NCBI GenBank assembly: GCA_964019335.1 | Contig: OZ025662.1 | Location: 186,001-250,000 of the forward strand | Reading direction: 5' to 3' | Source: Diplonema japonicum | Taxonomy: Eukaryota > Protista > Euglenozoa: Diplonemea | DNA length: 64,000 nt | Shown here: positions 34,901-47,200 of the stretch, piece after piece | Layout of the letters: each line of letters starts with the position of its first letter | Position numbering within the stretch: position 1 is the first letter of the stretch | Program-made: the position numbers and the translations under genes | The notes under the pieces: generated by a model | The model's database searches: none | Told to the model about the DNA's origin: nothing | Seen by the model: only the letters and a program-made list of their open reading frames with translations

Positions 34901-37900
34901 GAAGCAAGCCTGCAAGAAGATGAACATGCAGCCTACAGAGACTTTCCTCAAGAAGGCAATTCAAGTGAACGAGACGCTTGAGGTACGCCATGGCATGATG
35001 TTGATTGGCGACACGTATGGAGGCAAGACAAGCTGCCTGAATGCACTGGCGCACAGCCACAACTGGGTTGAAGAAACACACCAAAAGGGGAGCAAAGTGT
35101 TCGTCAATGTGATCAACCCCAAGGCGATAACAGTGGGTCAGTTGTATGGTGCCAACGATGCTGTCATGGAGTGGAGCGATGGGGTGCTCAGCAACATCTT
35201 TAGGACTGCGTCAAACTGCACAGATCCCTACAAGCACTGGATAGTGCTGGATGGTCCTGTGGACGCCATGTGGATCGAGAGCATGAACACGGTGCTTGAT
35301 GACAACAAGAAGCTTTGCTTGCTGAACGGCGATAATATCCACATGACGAGCAGCATGAACATGATATTCGAGGTAGAAGACCTGCGTGTGGCCTCCCCTG
35401 CAACGGTGTCCAGGTGCGGCATGGTCTACTTCGACGCGAACGAGCTTGGTTGGAAACCTATGGCCGCCTCATGGCTAGCGGCACTCCCCCAGGGGATCAA
35501 AGAGTTAACAGAGTGCTACCACACAATATCTGGACTTATTGACATATTCGTGGCACCTGCGGTAACCTTCGTGACGGAAGGCGCGCAGGGGTTCTATGTG
35601 CCTGGTGTCGAGGTCACAACGACATCGCTTGTTGTGTCCATGCTGAAACTGTGGCGCATCTTTATCGCAGACATAGCAGAGAAACACAATTCATTCGAAA
35701 CTACGCAAAGAGACGTCTCAACATGGTTAGAGGGGCTGTTCATATTCTCTGTCACGTGGGCCATCGGTGGGTGGCTCAGCCACGCCGGGAGGTACGAATT
35801 TAGCACCTGGTTCATGCACAAGGTAAGAGGGAGGAGGGGCACGAGGTCCCCCAGGAAAGCTGAAGGCGAGGGCACGTCTTTCAACTCGACGAACCCCAAC
35901 ACTGTGGAGATCATGGTGCAGCTTCCGCAGGACACGTCTCTCTTTAACGTGTACTTTAAGATTGACCCCTCAGGGGGGTACTCGTGGCTGGACTGGTCAG
36001 AGACACAAGCACCTTTCACACTGCCCGAGGACTGCAAGTACCATGAGATCATTGTGCCCACCAGCGACACTATTCGACACACCTTCCTGCTCAAGACCCT
36101 TGCCAGTGAGGGTGTACCTGTGTCCTTCTCGGGGATTACTGGCACCGGAAAGTCTCTCCTCATCAAAAGCACCATCGACCAGCTTACAGCCGCCACAGAC
36201 GTGAACGGCATGTCATCATTCTCGAGCTACTACATCCAGTTCTCTGCGAGAACCACTAGCAACCAGACACAAACACTGATCGAGTCGTGCTTCGAGAGAA
36301 GACGTAAGGGGGTGATTGGCCCCCCTCTGAACAAGAGATGCCTTGTGTTTATTGACGACTTTTCCATGCCTGATGTAGAGGGCAGCGGCGCGCAGCCTGC
36401 GATAGAACTGTTAAGACAATGGATGGACTACAAGGGATGGTACGACCACAGTAAGGGGAGCACTGCATTCAAAACAGTGGAGGGGCTGGTGCTGTTGGCG
36501 GCGCAGGCACCTGGCATCAACTCGGTGTCGCAAAGGATGATGAGGCACTTCTTCAACCTCACGGTGCCAGCCTTTGAAGAGACATCGTTGATGACAATCT
36601 TCAGCACACTTCTGGGGTGGGTCTGCGAACACAATGGGTACCCGAGCTCTTGCACAAAGGGAATGCAGGAGAGTTTGGTGCAGAGCTCCATAGACATGTA
36701 CAGTACTATTAAAGAGACACTTCTGCCTACGCCGGAGAAGCCGCATTACATGTTCAATCTGCGCGACCTGTCGAAAATCTTCCAGGGGATGAGCCAGTGC
36801 TTCGGCACAGCTTTGGAAGACTTCGATGCGGTACTCAAGTTGTGGATGCACGAGACAATGCGCGTGTACCAAGACCGCCTCACGACAGCCAGCGATGTTG
36901 TGAAGTTTAATGAGACACTCAACTCGACGCTCGGCAAGCACTTCAGGCGGTCGTACGAGTCACTAGTTGGGCACGATATGCCTCTAATCTTCGATGACAT
37001 CACAGCAGACAACAGTGCGGAACCTCTCTACCGCGAGATCAGCGACATGGACGTCGTCAAGAAACGCCTTGAGATTTACCAAAACGAGTACAACGACACA
37101 CTGGCACCAGCAGATATCAGGCTAAACCTTGTTGTGTTCAACTATGTGATCGAGCACGTGTCGAGGCTCTGCAGGATCATCAAGATGCCGATGGGCAACG
37201 CTCTCATCGTGGGTCTTGGAGGTCGTGGGCGGCAGAGCGCTGCCAAACTGGCCACTTTTGTTTGCGACTACAAACTGTATCGCATCGTTACACAAAAAAA
37301 CTACACCCGCGACTCATGGCGTGAAGACATCAAGAAGTGCATCAAGGGTGCTGCAGGTCCTTCCAACACAAGCCCAACGTGTTTCCTAATAACCGACGAG
37401 AGCATCAAAGAAGAAGCCTTCCTTGAAGACATATCGTGCCTTCTCAATACAGGTGAAATCCCTAACCTCTTTGAAGAGGAAGACCTGACCCCCATTCTGG
37501 ACGGACTGGCTAAGCTCGCGAAGGAGTTGGGTAGAAGGGAAGGCATGTCGCGCAAAGCTTGCTACAAGCAGTTCGTGCAGAGGACGAGGAGCGAGGTGCA
37601 CGTGATCATGTGTTTCAGCCCTGTCGGGTCGACTCTGAGGAACAGAATCAGGGTATTCCCTAGTTTAGTTAACTGCTGTGCGATTGACCACTTCGCTGCG
37701 TGGCCGACAGATGGGTTAGTGTCGGTGGGGAACAAGTTCGTCGTTGAAGAAATCCCCGCCAACGAGACACAAGTCGATAGCATCGTAGGGCTCTGCGTCA
37801 AGATGCACCTTTCAACGAAGAGGGCCGCAGAGACGTACCACATGCAAACAAAGCAGGAAATCCACACAACACCTACCTCGTACCTTGAGCTGTTGTCATG

Positions 37901-40900
37901 CTTCAAGAGGATACTCATCACGAAGACCGACTCGGCAAGCTCTCTAAAAGAGCGTTACGAAAAGGGTATCGAGCAGCTTATCAAGACAGAAAACAGCGTT
38001 GGTGCCATGCAGGACTTGCTCGAAGTACAGCAGCCTAGACTAGTTGCGATGGCAGAGGAAACTGCTACGCTGATCGAAAAGATCGAAAACGACGAGCGCG
38101 ACGCAGACGTAACAAGGCAGGCTGTCTTCATCGAAGAGAGAGCGGCGAACGAGAAGGCAGAAGAAGCCAAAAAGATCAAAGATGCCTGCGAGACTGTCCT
38201 TGCCCGTGCTATGCCTGCACTTGAAGCAGCGATGGCACAGGTTGCCGACATCGACAGGCGGCAGATAGTCGAAGTGCGCAGCATGACAAACCCCAACGAC
38301 AAGATAAAGGCTGTTCTGTCTGCCGTGTGTGTGTGTCTCGGCACGAAGCCCGTGTTGGAGAAGGACCCAGCAAACCCTAAGAAGAAGCGATCTGACTATT
38401 GGGCGGCTTCCAAAAAACTGATGAGTGACACCAACGAGTTTCTTAATACCCTTCTCACTTACAAAGACCGAGAGGAAGGACTTGACCCAAACATCTTCGA
38501 GGCAGGCACAGGTCTAATCCAACCGTATCTGCAGGACAAGAATTTCAACCCCGACAAAGTGCGGACCTTGTCGAAGGCTTTAGCGCCCATCTGTGCATGG
38601 GTCATTGCCGTGGAGAAGTACTACCAAGTCGAGAAGAGAGTGCGACCGAGGAAGGCAGAATTAGAGAGGGCTGTGGCGGAGTACGACGTAGCAATGAACC
38701 ACCTGGAGCTGAAGAAGAAGGAACTTGAGAGGCTCGACAGCAGGCTACAAGAAATGAGAACTACTCTTGAGAAGAGCCAGAACGACAAACTGCGACTGGA
38801 GAACGAGTACAAAGATACGGAAAAGAAGCTTAGAAGAGCGCAGCTGATCATCTCAGGGCTTGGTGACGAGAGAGAGCGCTACTTCCAGCAGTCGGAGCTG
38901 CAGTCCAAACTGCTTGAAAACATTTTGGGAGATTCATTGCTTTCTGCGTCTTATTTCGCGTACCTGGCACCGTTCACGCAGACGTACAGGACACAGCTCC
39001 TGGACTCCTGGAAGGAGGCAATTGCGACAATGCTCCCGATGTCCGTGAACTTTGAGTTATCAGCCTTACTTGGAGAAGCCGTGAAGATCGAGGAATGGAA
39101 AGTACAAGGCCTCCCTGCAGACTCGTTCAGCATCGACAACTCGCTGATCATGGAACACACAAACAGGTGGCCCATGGTCATTGACCCGCAGCAGCAGATC
39201 ACAGCATGGCTGAAAGAGCGCTATGCCAACAACAACTTACAAGTCCTGCGTCCCAACCAAGAAGGGTACATCAAGTCCATCGCAATGGCTGTGAACACCG
39301 GGTGCCCCGTCCTCCTGGAAGGGTGCGACAGCGAACTGGATCCAGTCCTGAACCCGTTGCTCCTGAAGCAAGTGAACAAAGACGCTTCGGGTGTGCTGCG
39401 TATCAACATTGGTGACCAGACAGAAGTGGTATACCACAAGAACTGGACAGACGAGACGCCCCCACAAAAGAGAGCCAGGTTATTCCTCGCCACAAAGCAC
39501 GCACGACCAAACTTCAAGCCCGAGATCGCAGCGAAGGTTACGCTTATTGCTGCCTCGATCACCCCTGAGGGCCTACAGGACCAGCTGCTTGGGAAAGTTG
39601 TGCAGCACGAAGAGCGTGAACTCGATGAAAAGAAAAATAGGAATATGAAGCTGGGTGCCAGGAACAAGATGGAGCTCAAGAAGATGGAAGATGAGATCCT
39701 TGCGCTGCTGAGTTCGAACGAGAACATCTTAGACAGTGAGGAGGCCATTGTTGCCCTGAATGAGGCGCAAAGGGTGGCCGAGGAAGCATCCCTTTCGCAG
39801 CGTGAGGTGGACAGGATCCTCACACTGTGCGATCGTTCGAAGAAAAAGTTTGTTGACGTAGCTGACAATGCTTCACGTCTCTTCTTCTGCGCCACGGACC
39901 TGAGTGTTGTTGACCCGATGTACCAGTACTCTCTGCAGTGGTTCCTGTCGCTGTTTGTGAAGTCTTTGGAAGGTTCAAGGCAGACCGACAAAATCTCGGG
40001 TGAAGACCGCAACACAGAAATAGCACAACACTTCTTTGAGTCGTTCTACAAGAACATGTGCAGGTCGTTGTTCGCTAAGGATACACTAATGTTGTCTTTC
40101 TTGATGGCATGCGTGCTCACACCTGATGTTGGTCCTGAGCTGCTGCGCTTCTTCTGCACCTTGGGCATCGACAAGCCTTGGTCCCATGGCGACGACGACA
40201 AGCCAGTGTGGCTTCCTACAGAGACATGGAATCAAGTGCAGAGGCTATGCTCGCAGATGCCTGTCCCCTTCAGGCAGCTCGCGTCAGACATTTCGGGGAG
40301 CTCAGGTACAGGCGGCTGGCAACAGTGGTACAAGTCTGACAAAGTGGTAGACGCACCGCTGCCAGCACCTTGGAAAGAAACTTTGAAGTGGACGGGGGCA
40401 TCAGGTATCAACAGGCTGCTGTTGTTCAGAGTGCTCCGACCTGATAAGCTCACAGCAGCCATTCAGCACTACGTCTCGAACCACCCCCTGTTGGGCACCT
40501 CCTTCACAGTCCCGCCGGTGTTCAACTTGCAAAACGTGTTCAGGGAGTGTCCTGAGGCATCGCAGCCTCTCATCTTTATACTCAGCAGCGGTGTGGACCC
40601 TATTGTAGAGCTCAAACGACTTGCTGAGGAGGAGAACATGTCGCAAAAGATGCACACGCTGTCCTTAGGACAGGGCATACAGTCCAGGGCTGAAAAATTA
40701 ATTGTGGAAGGGAAGTCCAACGGGTGGTGGGTGGTGTTGCAGAACTGCCATCTGTACAAGGATTGGATGCCGCAGCTCGAGAGGATCATCGAGGAGTACT
40801 CATCTGCCTCGAGGGCCTCAAGTCTGCACATGGACTTCAGGCTGTGGCTTACATCTATGCCCTCAACGGACTTCCCTGCCTCTGTTCTGATGAACGGGAC

Positions 40901-42507
40901 AAAGATGATTGTTGAAGCGCCGCGAGGCCTGCGGCAGAACCTCCTCGGCAGCTACAGCTCGGTGCCCCTTGCAGACCCGGAGTTCTACGAAGTGTCCTCT
41001 AAGCAGGCTACTTGGAAGAAGCTGTGCTACGCGTTGTGCTTCTTCCACGCGGTGATCCAAGAGAGGCGTGCCTTCGGACCTCTGGGATGGAACATATCTT
41101 ACGAGTTCAACAAGACAGATCTCACGATCTCCCTGAAGCAGCTGAAGGACTTCGTCGAGCAGTACGACAACGTGCCATATGACGCACTCACCTACCTCAC
41201 GGGCGAATGCAACTACGGCGGGCGGGTGACAGACGACAGGGACAGGCGATGCCTCATGGCAACGTTGGGCTCTTTCTACTCCGAGAGCATTCTGGACTCG
41301 GGTTACTCTCTTGACCCTGAGGGGGCAGTAGCCTACATCATGCCAGATGGGAAGGATCTCGACGTGCCTCTAGAATTCACAGCGAAACTGCCCGCCAATG
41401 CGCCCCCTTCTATCTTCGGGCTGCACAACAACGCAGAAATTGCAAAGAACAAAAGAGATGCTAGTTTGTTGCTGAGCACCTTGCTGTCAACACAACCCCG
41501 CACTGCTGTCACGCAGGACGAGGCATCACAGGAACAGCAGGCCATCACGTTGATCACGTCCATCATCAAGGACCTGCCGAAGCAATTCAACATGGCGGTT
41601 GTAAAGCAACGCTTCCCCACAGACTACAAAGAGAGTATGAACACAGTGCTGCGGATGGAGTTGCTGAGGTACAACGAGCTGCTGAGTGTCATCAGGAACA
41701 GCTTGAAGGCGTTGAGAAAGGCACTACGGGGCGAGGCCGTTCTGACAGAGGCTTTGGAGGTGATGTATCATGAAGTGCTGGACGGAGTGCTGCCCAGCTC
41801 GTGGGAGGGACACTCCTACCCGTCACTGAAGCCGTTGGGGTCCTACATCGCCGATCTGCATGAGAGGGTTGCCTTCTTCTCGGCGTGGATGGAAAAGGGT
41901 GCTCCGAATGTGTTCTGGTTGGGCGGGTTTTTCTTCACACAGTCCTTCTTGACTGGAGTGCAGCAGAACTACGCAAGAGAGAAGGCAATAGAAATCGACA
42001 CGCTGATGTGGAACTTCAGCATGCTCGCACAGAACCCGTCTGAGCTCACCGCACCACCAGCCAATGGGTGCTACGTGCACGGGCTGTACCTGGAGTGTGC
42101 CGCATGGAACATCATTAAAGGGCATCTTGTCGATGCGCCTCAAGGGCTGCTCCACGACCCCTTCCCTGTGGTGTGCTTGCACTTGAAGCAGATCGAACCC
42201 GAAGAGCAGGCAAGCGACGAGCATGGGCTGTACCAAGCTTATGTGAACTGTCCCTTGTATAAGACACAAGCTAGAAGGGGTGTCCTAAGGTGTGTTTTTT
42301 TTCTTTTTTTTGATTTTGTGTCAAACAATTGCGCAACAGTACAACGGGGCACGATTCCAATTTCATTATGATGTTTAAGGTTCCTATCGATCCTGTGTCT
42401 GACGTGCAGGTATTGTGGGGGGAATATTGGGGAAACACAATCTACAGTCACACCCCGAATTCTGGGTGCAGCGAGGTATCGCCCTTGTGACTCAGCTATC
42501 GCATTGA
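28929..42507 (+). CDS. Axonemal (inner-arm-type) dynein heavy chain; exons 28929-42289, 42340-42409, 42448-42507
   Basis: 'AFPRFYFLSNEDLLEILS', AAA1 'GPAGTGKTET', 'CFDEFNR', 'HYDYGMR', 'WVVLQNCHL', 'NYGGRVTD'; two introns (50, 38 nt) restore the conserved C-terminus 'RRGVLSTTGH...FWVQRGIALV'. Confidence 0.96.
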
Positions 42508-43216
42508 AAGCATACAGCGAGATGGGGGGAAAGGAGGGGGTAAAATGCTCTGAGAAGAGTATTTTTTTTTTCTTCTTTTGTTTTGTCGAATTATCTGTTC
42601 TGTTTCTTTGTTTCTTCCCTTAGAGAAAAAAAAAAAAAAAACACCCCCCTTGCCTTTGTGGATGGGAAAAAAAAAGGTGAGAGAAAGAGCAAAAAAAAAA
42701 AAAAAAAAAAAAAAAACACCCTAGCTCTCCATTTGCGATTCTTGGGAAACTCAGGAACAACCCCCCCCCCCCCCCCCCTTGTTATTGTTGAAATATACTA
42801 ATAACCAATATCGGGGACGGGGGGAGAGGGGAGAAGAGAGGAAAAAAAAAGTGATCAAACCTTTGTGTGTACAGTCTCCTCTGTCATCTATTTAAAAAAA
42901 AGAGGATAGGGGGGGGGGGGGGGGGGAAGAAGAAGAGAAAAAAGCGGTGTGCAGTCTTTCTATTTTCTTTGGTGGGCCGTTGCTAACCACTTCGTTTCCT
43001 ATCATAGTGATTTTTTTTTTTTGTTCTTCCCGTCTCTATTAGTACGTAACTGCCCCTTTGTAGCTTTGGAAGTTTTTTTTTTTTTTTTTTTTTTTAGTTT
43101 TTTTTTTCCGTCCCCCCCTCCCCTCAATCTTTGTGCACTTCCCCCTTAGTTGCATCTAATTACAAAATCGGAAAACGCAAGAGTAAACCATGTTTTGAAA
43201 GGGAGAGAAAACGAAT

Positions 43217-44158
43217 ATGCCTAAAAAAAAATATGCAGTGCCGAAACGAGGAATGCAGGAAGCATGCAGCAGTGGTGACGAGAAGCTTGTAAAACAGCTT
43301 TGCGATGATAAAGTGCCCGTGGGAAGTGGGGTGCTGCTCGCTGCGACACACGGCAGGCTAGGAGTGATAAAAATATTAGTGGACGAATATGGAGCAGACG
43401 TGGACGCCAGAGCAGAAGGAGGATATACCGCACTAATGTGCGCTGCAAAAAATGGAAAAGAAAAGGCAGTAGAGTGCCTGTTGAACCATGGTGCTGATCC
43501 AAGACTTTTTGATGACAACCTCATGACAGTTGAAGACCATGCTCTGAACATGGGACATAATTACATTGTGAACATGCTCAGAAAGAACACAGAGCCCACC
43601 GACCCAAACTCATCAAACACAGCACTCACGCAATTGAACCTGCACTATCTTAAAAAAATTCACTCCACGGGTTGGGTTCCGTCGAATGCAGACTTTTTAC
43701 TCGTTTGCAGAAAAAGTCGTTCTGCCGCAGCACGCCTGCCCATCCTTAAGTGGATGCTTGGGCTAGACAAATGTTACGCAACAATGCCTGCTCCTAAGGA
43801 CGAGTCCGATCCAATGACTATTGCTGCTTCCCTAGGCGATGTGCAGCTTATTTCTCTTCTTCTCTCACACGGTGCTTTGGCAAGAGGCGACCCAGACGGC
43901 ATCCCTCCTGCAGAAACAGCGCACACCAATGGCTTCACACATGCTAGCAACATACTTTACTTGCAAGCTGCCGAAGAATATTGCGCAACCATACTTAAAC
44001 AGAAAGCCAATGTCCCAAATGATCCCGACGACCGTGGGGACTGGATTGAGAAGCTTCGAGGTGCAAAAAAAAAGCGGCTGAAATACCAGAGAATCCTGGA
44101 AGAGGAGGCACAAATGGAAAAAGAAGGTGAGAAGCCGTCCTCCGAAACCAATCTGTAA
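43217..44158 (+). CDS. Ankyrin-repeat protein
   Basis: 'GADVDARAEGGYTALMCAAKNG...LLNHGADP' and further degenerate ankyrin repeats. Confidence 0.85.
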   Translation: MPKKKYAVPKRGMQEACSSGDEKLVKQLCDDKVPVGSGVLLAATHGRLGVIKILVDEYGADVDARAEGGYTALMCAAKNGKEKAVECLLNHGADPRLFDDNLMTVEDHALNMGHNYIVNMLRKNTEPTDPNSSNTALTQLNLHYLKKIHSTGWVPSNADFLLVCRKSRSAAARLPILKWMLGLDKCYATMPAPKDESDPMTIAASLGDVQLISLLLSHGALARGDPDGIPPAETAHTNGFTHASNILYLQAAEEYCATILKQKANVPNDPDDRGDWIEKLRGAKKKRLKYQRILEEEAQMEKEGEKPSSETNL

Positions 44159-44297
44159 ATATACTTTTTTTTTTTTTTTTTTTCCCCTTGCTATACCCCA
44201 TCCTAATCAAACGGGGCATGCAGCTCTCTCGCACGGAGTTTGCAAATTGCTAAAGCGAGAAAAAAAAAAAGGAGAACAAAAAAAAAGGGGGGGGAAC

Positions 44298-47200
44298 ATG
44301 GCGCTGAGCTGGTTAGATACCGCGAAGGCGAACACCGGGATAGAAGAGGACTGCGGGGTATTCCAAGAATTCTTTGAGAAGAAATACTGGCACGAGCTGA
44401 CGGGTGCGCTTCTGGATGCGGTGAACAAGCCGCAGTGGGACAATGCGCCGCTGCTCATGGAGCTGTATGAGAGCTTCATCACGCATTTCGAGATGAAGAT
44501 GAACCTTTTTTCATTGGCACAGCTGGTACAGGTGATCGCTTCGAAGCAGGACATGGCAACGGCGGTGGCGCTCCTGCAGAAAACAAGCGAGTTTGTTCTC
44601 ACGAAAAAACATGATGAAGCTTACCACCTGCTGAAGTGCGAGGAGGCAATCCACAGGCTGCAGGAAGGCACCTTTGAGAGCAAAAGAACTTCAAAAGACA
44701 TTATCGAAACTTCCGTGAAGTATTTGGAACGAAGGAACGCGTCATCGTTGGATCTGAACCTGCGTGCGAACATTTACAGAGCGGAGGCCGCAGTGTTCAA
44801 AGCAGAGGGAAAGCCTGATTTGTTTTACAAGAAGTGCTTGCTGTTCGTAGCGCACAAGAAGACGGACGAGCTGGCGCTTTCGGTGCAGCAAGACATCGCC
44901 AGGGACCTTGGAAAGGCGGCTTTGTTGGGGAAGACCATCCATAACTTCGGTGAGCTAATCCACCACCCCATCCTGCAGACTCTGAATGGGTCGGAGGACG
45001 AATGGTTGGCACAGCTGCTCCTTGCTTACAACGTCGGTGAAATAGCTGTTTTCGAGAAGATCACCACTGCTCACCAACAGAAGATGAAGGACTATGTATG
45101 TGTTGTTTGCAAAGAAAAAAAACCGGTTTTGGGGGGGTCCTAGCGACTCCGGGGGGCAAAAAAAAGAAATAGAAAAAGAAAAAAAAATCTAAAACAGTTC
45201 GGTGAGGCAAACGCGCTCTTCTTGCGTCGAAAGCTGCAGCTCATGGCGCTTCTCCAACACCTGTTCCTCACCCCCGTCCACGACAGAACCCTCAGCTTCC
45301 AGATCATCCACGAAAAATGCAGAACGGTGTGGGAATAAAAAAAAAAACGGGATTGACACAAATTTACAGGACTCGATCGACGATGTTGAACCGCTTCTCC
45401 TGAGAGCCCTCGCTCTTGACCTTATAAGAGGCCACATTGACCAAGTCGACCAGGTGATTGCTGGTATGAAAAACCCCAGACACTAAAATAAACACAGTGA
45501 CGTGGATTGCTGCACGATCCCTTGGGAAAGAAGAGATTTCAGACATGGTGGGGCACATGAAAACGTGGTGTAAAGAGGTTTGTGGTAAAAAAGAACAGGG
45601 GGACGGTTCGATTTTGCTTGGCAAAATTTTTCTGTTTTTTTACAGCACATGTTGAACACCCTGTTTACACTTTTTTCATTTGTTTGGGTGCCAAACCAAC
45701 ATGTTCCTTCGAGCTTAACACTCATCTTAACCGACAAGTTTATCCAATCATAAACCTGAGATTATCTATCAACATTGACCATAACCGTCTCTGATGAAGG
45801 ATCTTCCATCCCGAATTCAAAGCTACCAAGCTTCATGGATTATGACGTAATCTTCCTTCCAAAGAACAGCAGACTGAGGCCCTGGTCACAGTCGCAGTTT
45901 CGTTGTGGAGCAAGCATCTACTTACATTAAATATAAGTTCCCGAAGAAAATTTCCATGTGGTGCTACCACCCATTTTTTCACGTCGTGAGATGAAAAATA
46001 GCAATCTTCTGTGTTGTAACATCGGCATTGGTTTTTCCCATACATCGCTTGTCATCATGGGAGGGCTTCATATTAATTAAACACTGGATCGAGGCCGATT
46101 AAATTCAGGGATCGATCGTGGTCTAGTTGGTTAGCGCATGGGCAGCCTTCTAGTAGCGTCGGTTCAATTCTCCCAGCAGCCCGTTAGGAGGAGCCTTAGG
46201 GTACAGGGGCAAGTGCAACCCGTCCCTCGGGACGTTAATTTTCTTCGACGAAGTGATGGACCACATCGGTTGGAAACCATCCTCCGTCCTGCGACGCACG
46301 CAGACGATGTTCCAGGGCACGAGGCAACTCGTGTTCTTCATCGTCGTCGACAGCCCGCCCCCGAAGTCCAGGACGTGGCTCCTTGGGGGGCGCCTTGTCT
46401 GCCTCCGTGATGCGGACGACCACCCGACCGTCAAGCCGCCCCCTCTCATCAACAGGACGACACCTGCATCTGCACCTGCGCTTGCAACGTCCTCGACCCC
46501 GGCACCCACATCTTCTCATGTGCCTGCACCTGCGCCTACTACACCTGTACCTGACCCGGCACCTGTATCGGCGTCGACACCCTCGGAGACTGGCCCTGCG
46601 GTGAAAGCAACTGGGCTTCCTCCCACCAGCCCGTGGGCGTCCATACCGAGCTCGGTGGCTCCCCCCCAGCTCGACACTGTGACGTCCCCTACACCGCCCC
46701 GCAACGTGTCTGCGGGAAACAAGGAGGGAGTCCCTTCCGGGTCGCCTGAGGTCGCCGCTCTCACTGAGCTCGTCGCCACGCTGAAGGAGTCGATCGTCGG
46801 GCTGCAGAGGACGATCGACTCTCAGCAGGAGATGATCTCCGATCTGCGGACGACGCTCCGCCTCCTCCTGCCGCAGGCGGCCACGCTGACGACGGGAACG
46901 GCAGTGCCGCGGGACCCTACACCGGGGGCGACGACGACACACGACAGTGTCTGGAAAGGGAAGGGGAAGGGGAAGAAGGGGGCTCCTCCTCTCGCTACGA
47001 CCTCTGAGGCTGCGGTGACGAACCTGGGTACGAGGGGGCGGGCCAGGTCGTTCGCGGAGACCAAAGATCTCTTCACCAATGGGGTCAAGGGGCGCTCTGC
47101 CTCCATGGGTCCATCCAATTGAAGGGGCCCCGCAGAACAGGGGGAGCAGCAGATCTACGACCATGCTCCCTCTCCTAGTCTCCCTCGCATCCTCCCCAGG

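Noticed and set aside
45900-46096. Divergent snRNA upstream of the tRNA site, as in trypanosomatids (minus-strand 'acagaagatt' is vaguely U6-like)
   Set aside because: No true ACAGAGA box or other recognisable snRNA motif; an Infernal search would be needed.
46108-46180. Second tRNA gene at the element 5' end
   Set aside because: A/B boxes are present, but there is no acceptor or anticodon stem; treated as a promoter-like head.
47120-47122. Genome-wide TGA reassignment
   Set aside because: No in-frame TGA in the long host ORFs, and dynein ends at TGA after its conserved C-terminus.
46235-47164. 309-aa antisense ORF over retroelement ORF1
   Set aside because: Arg-rich shadow of GC-rich sequence with no motifs.
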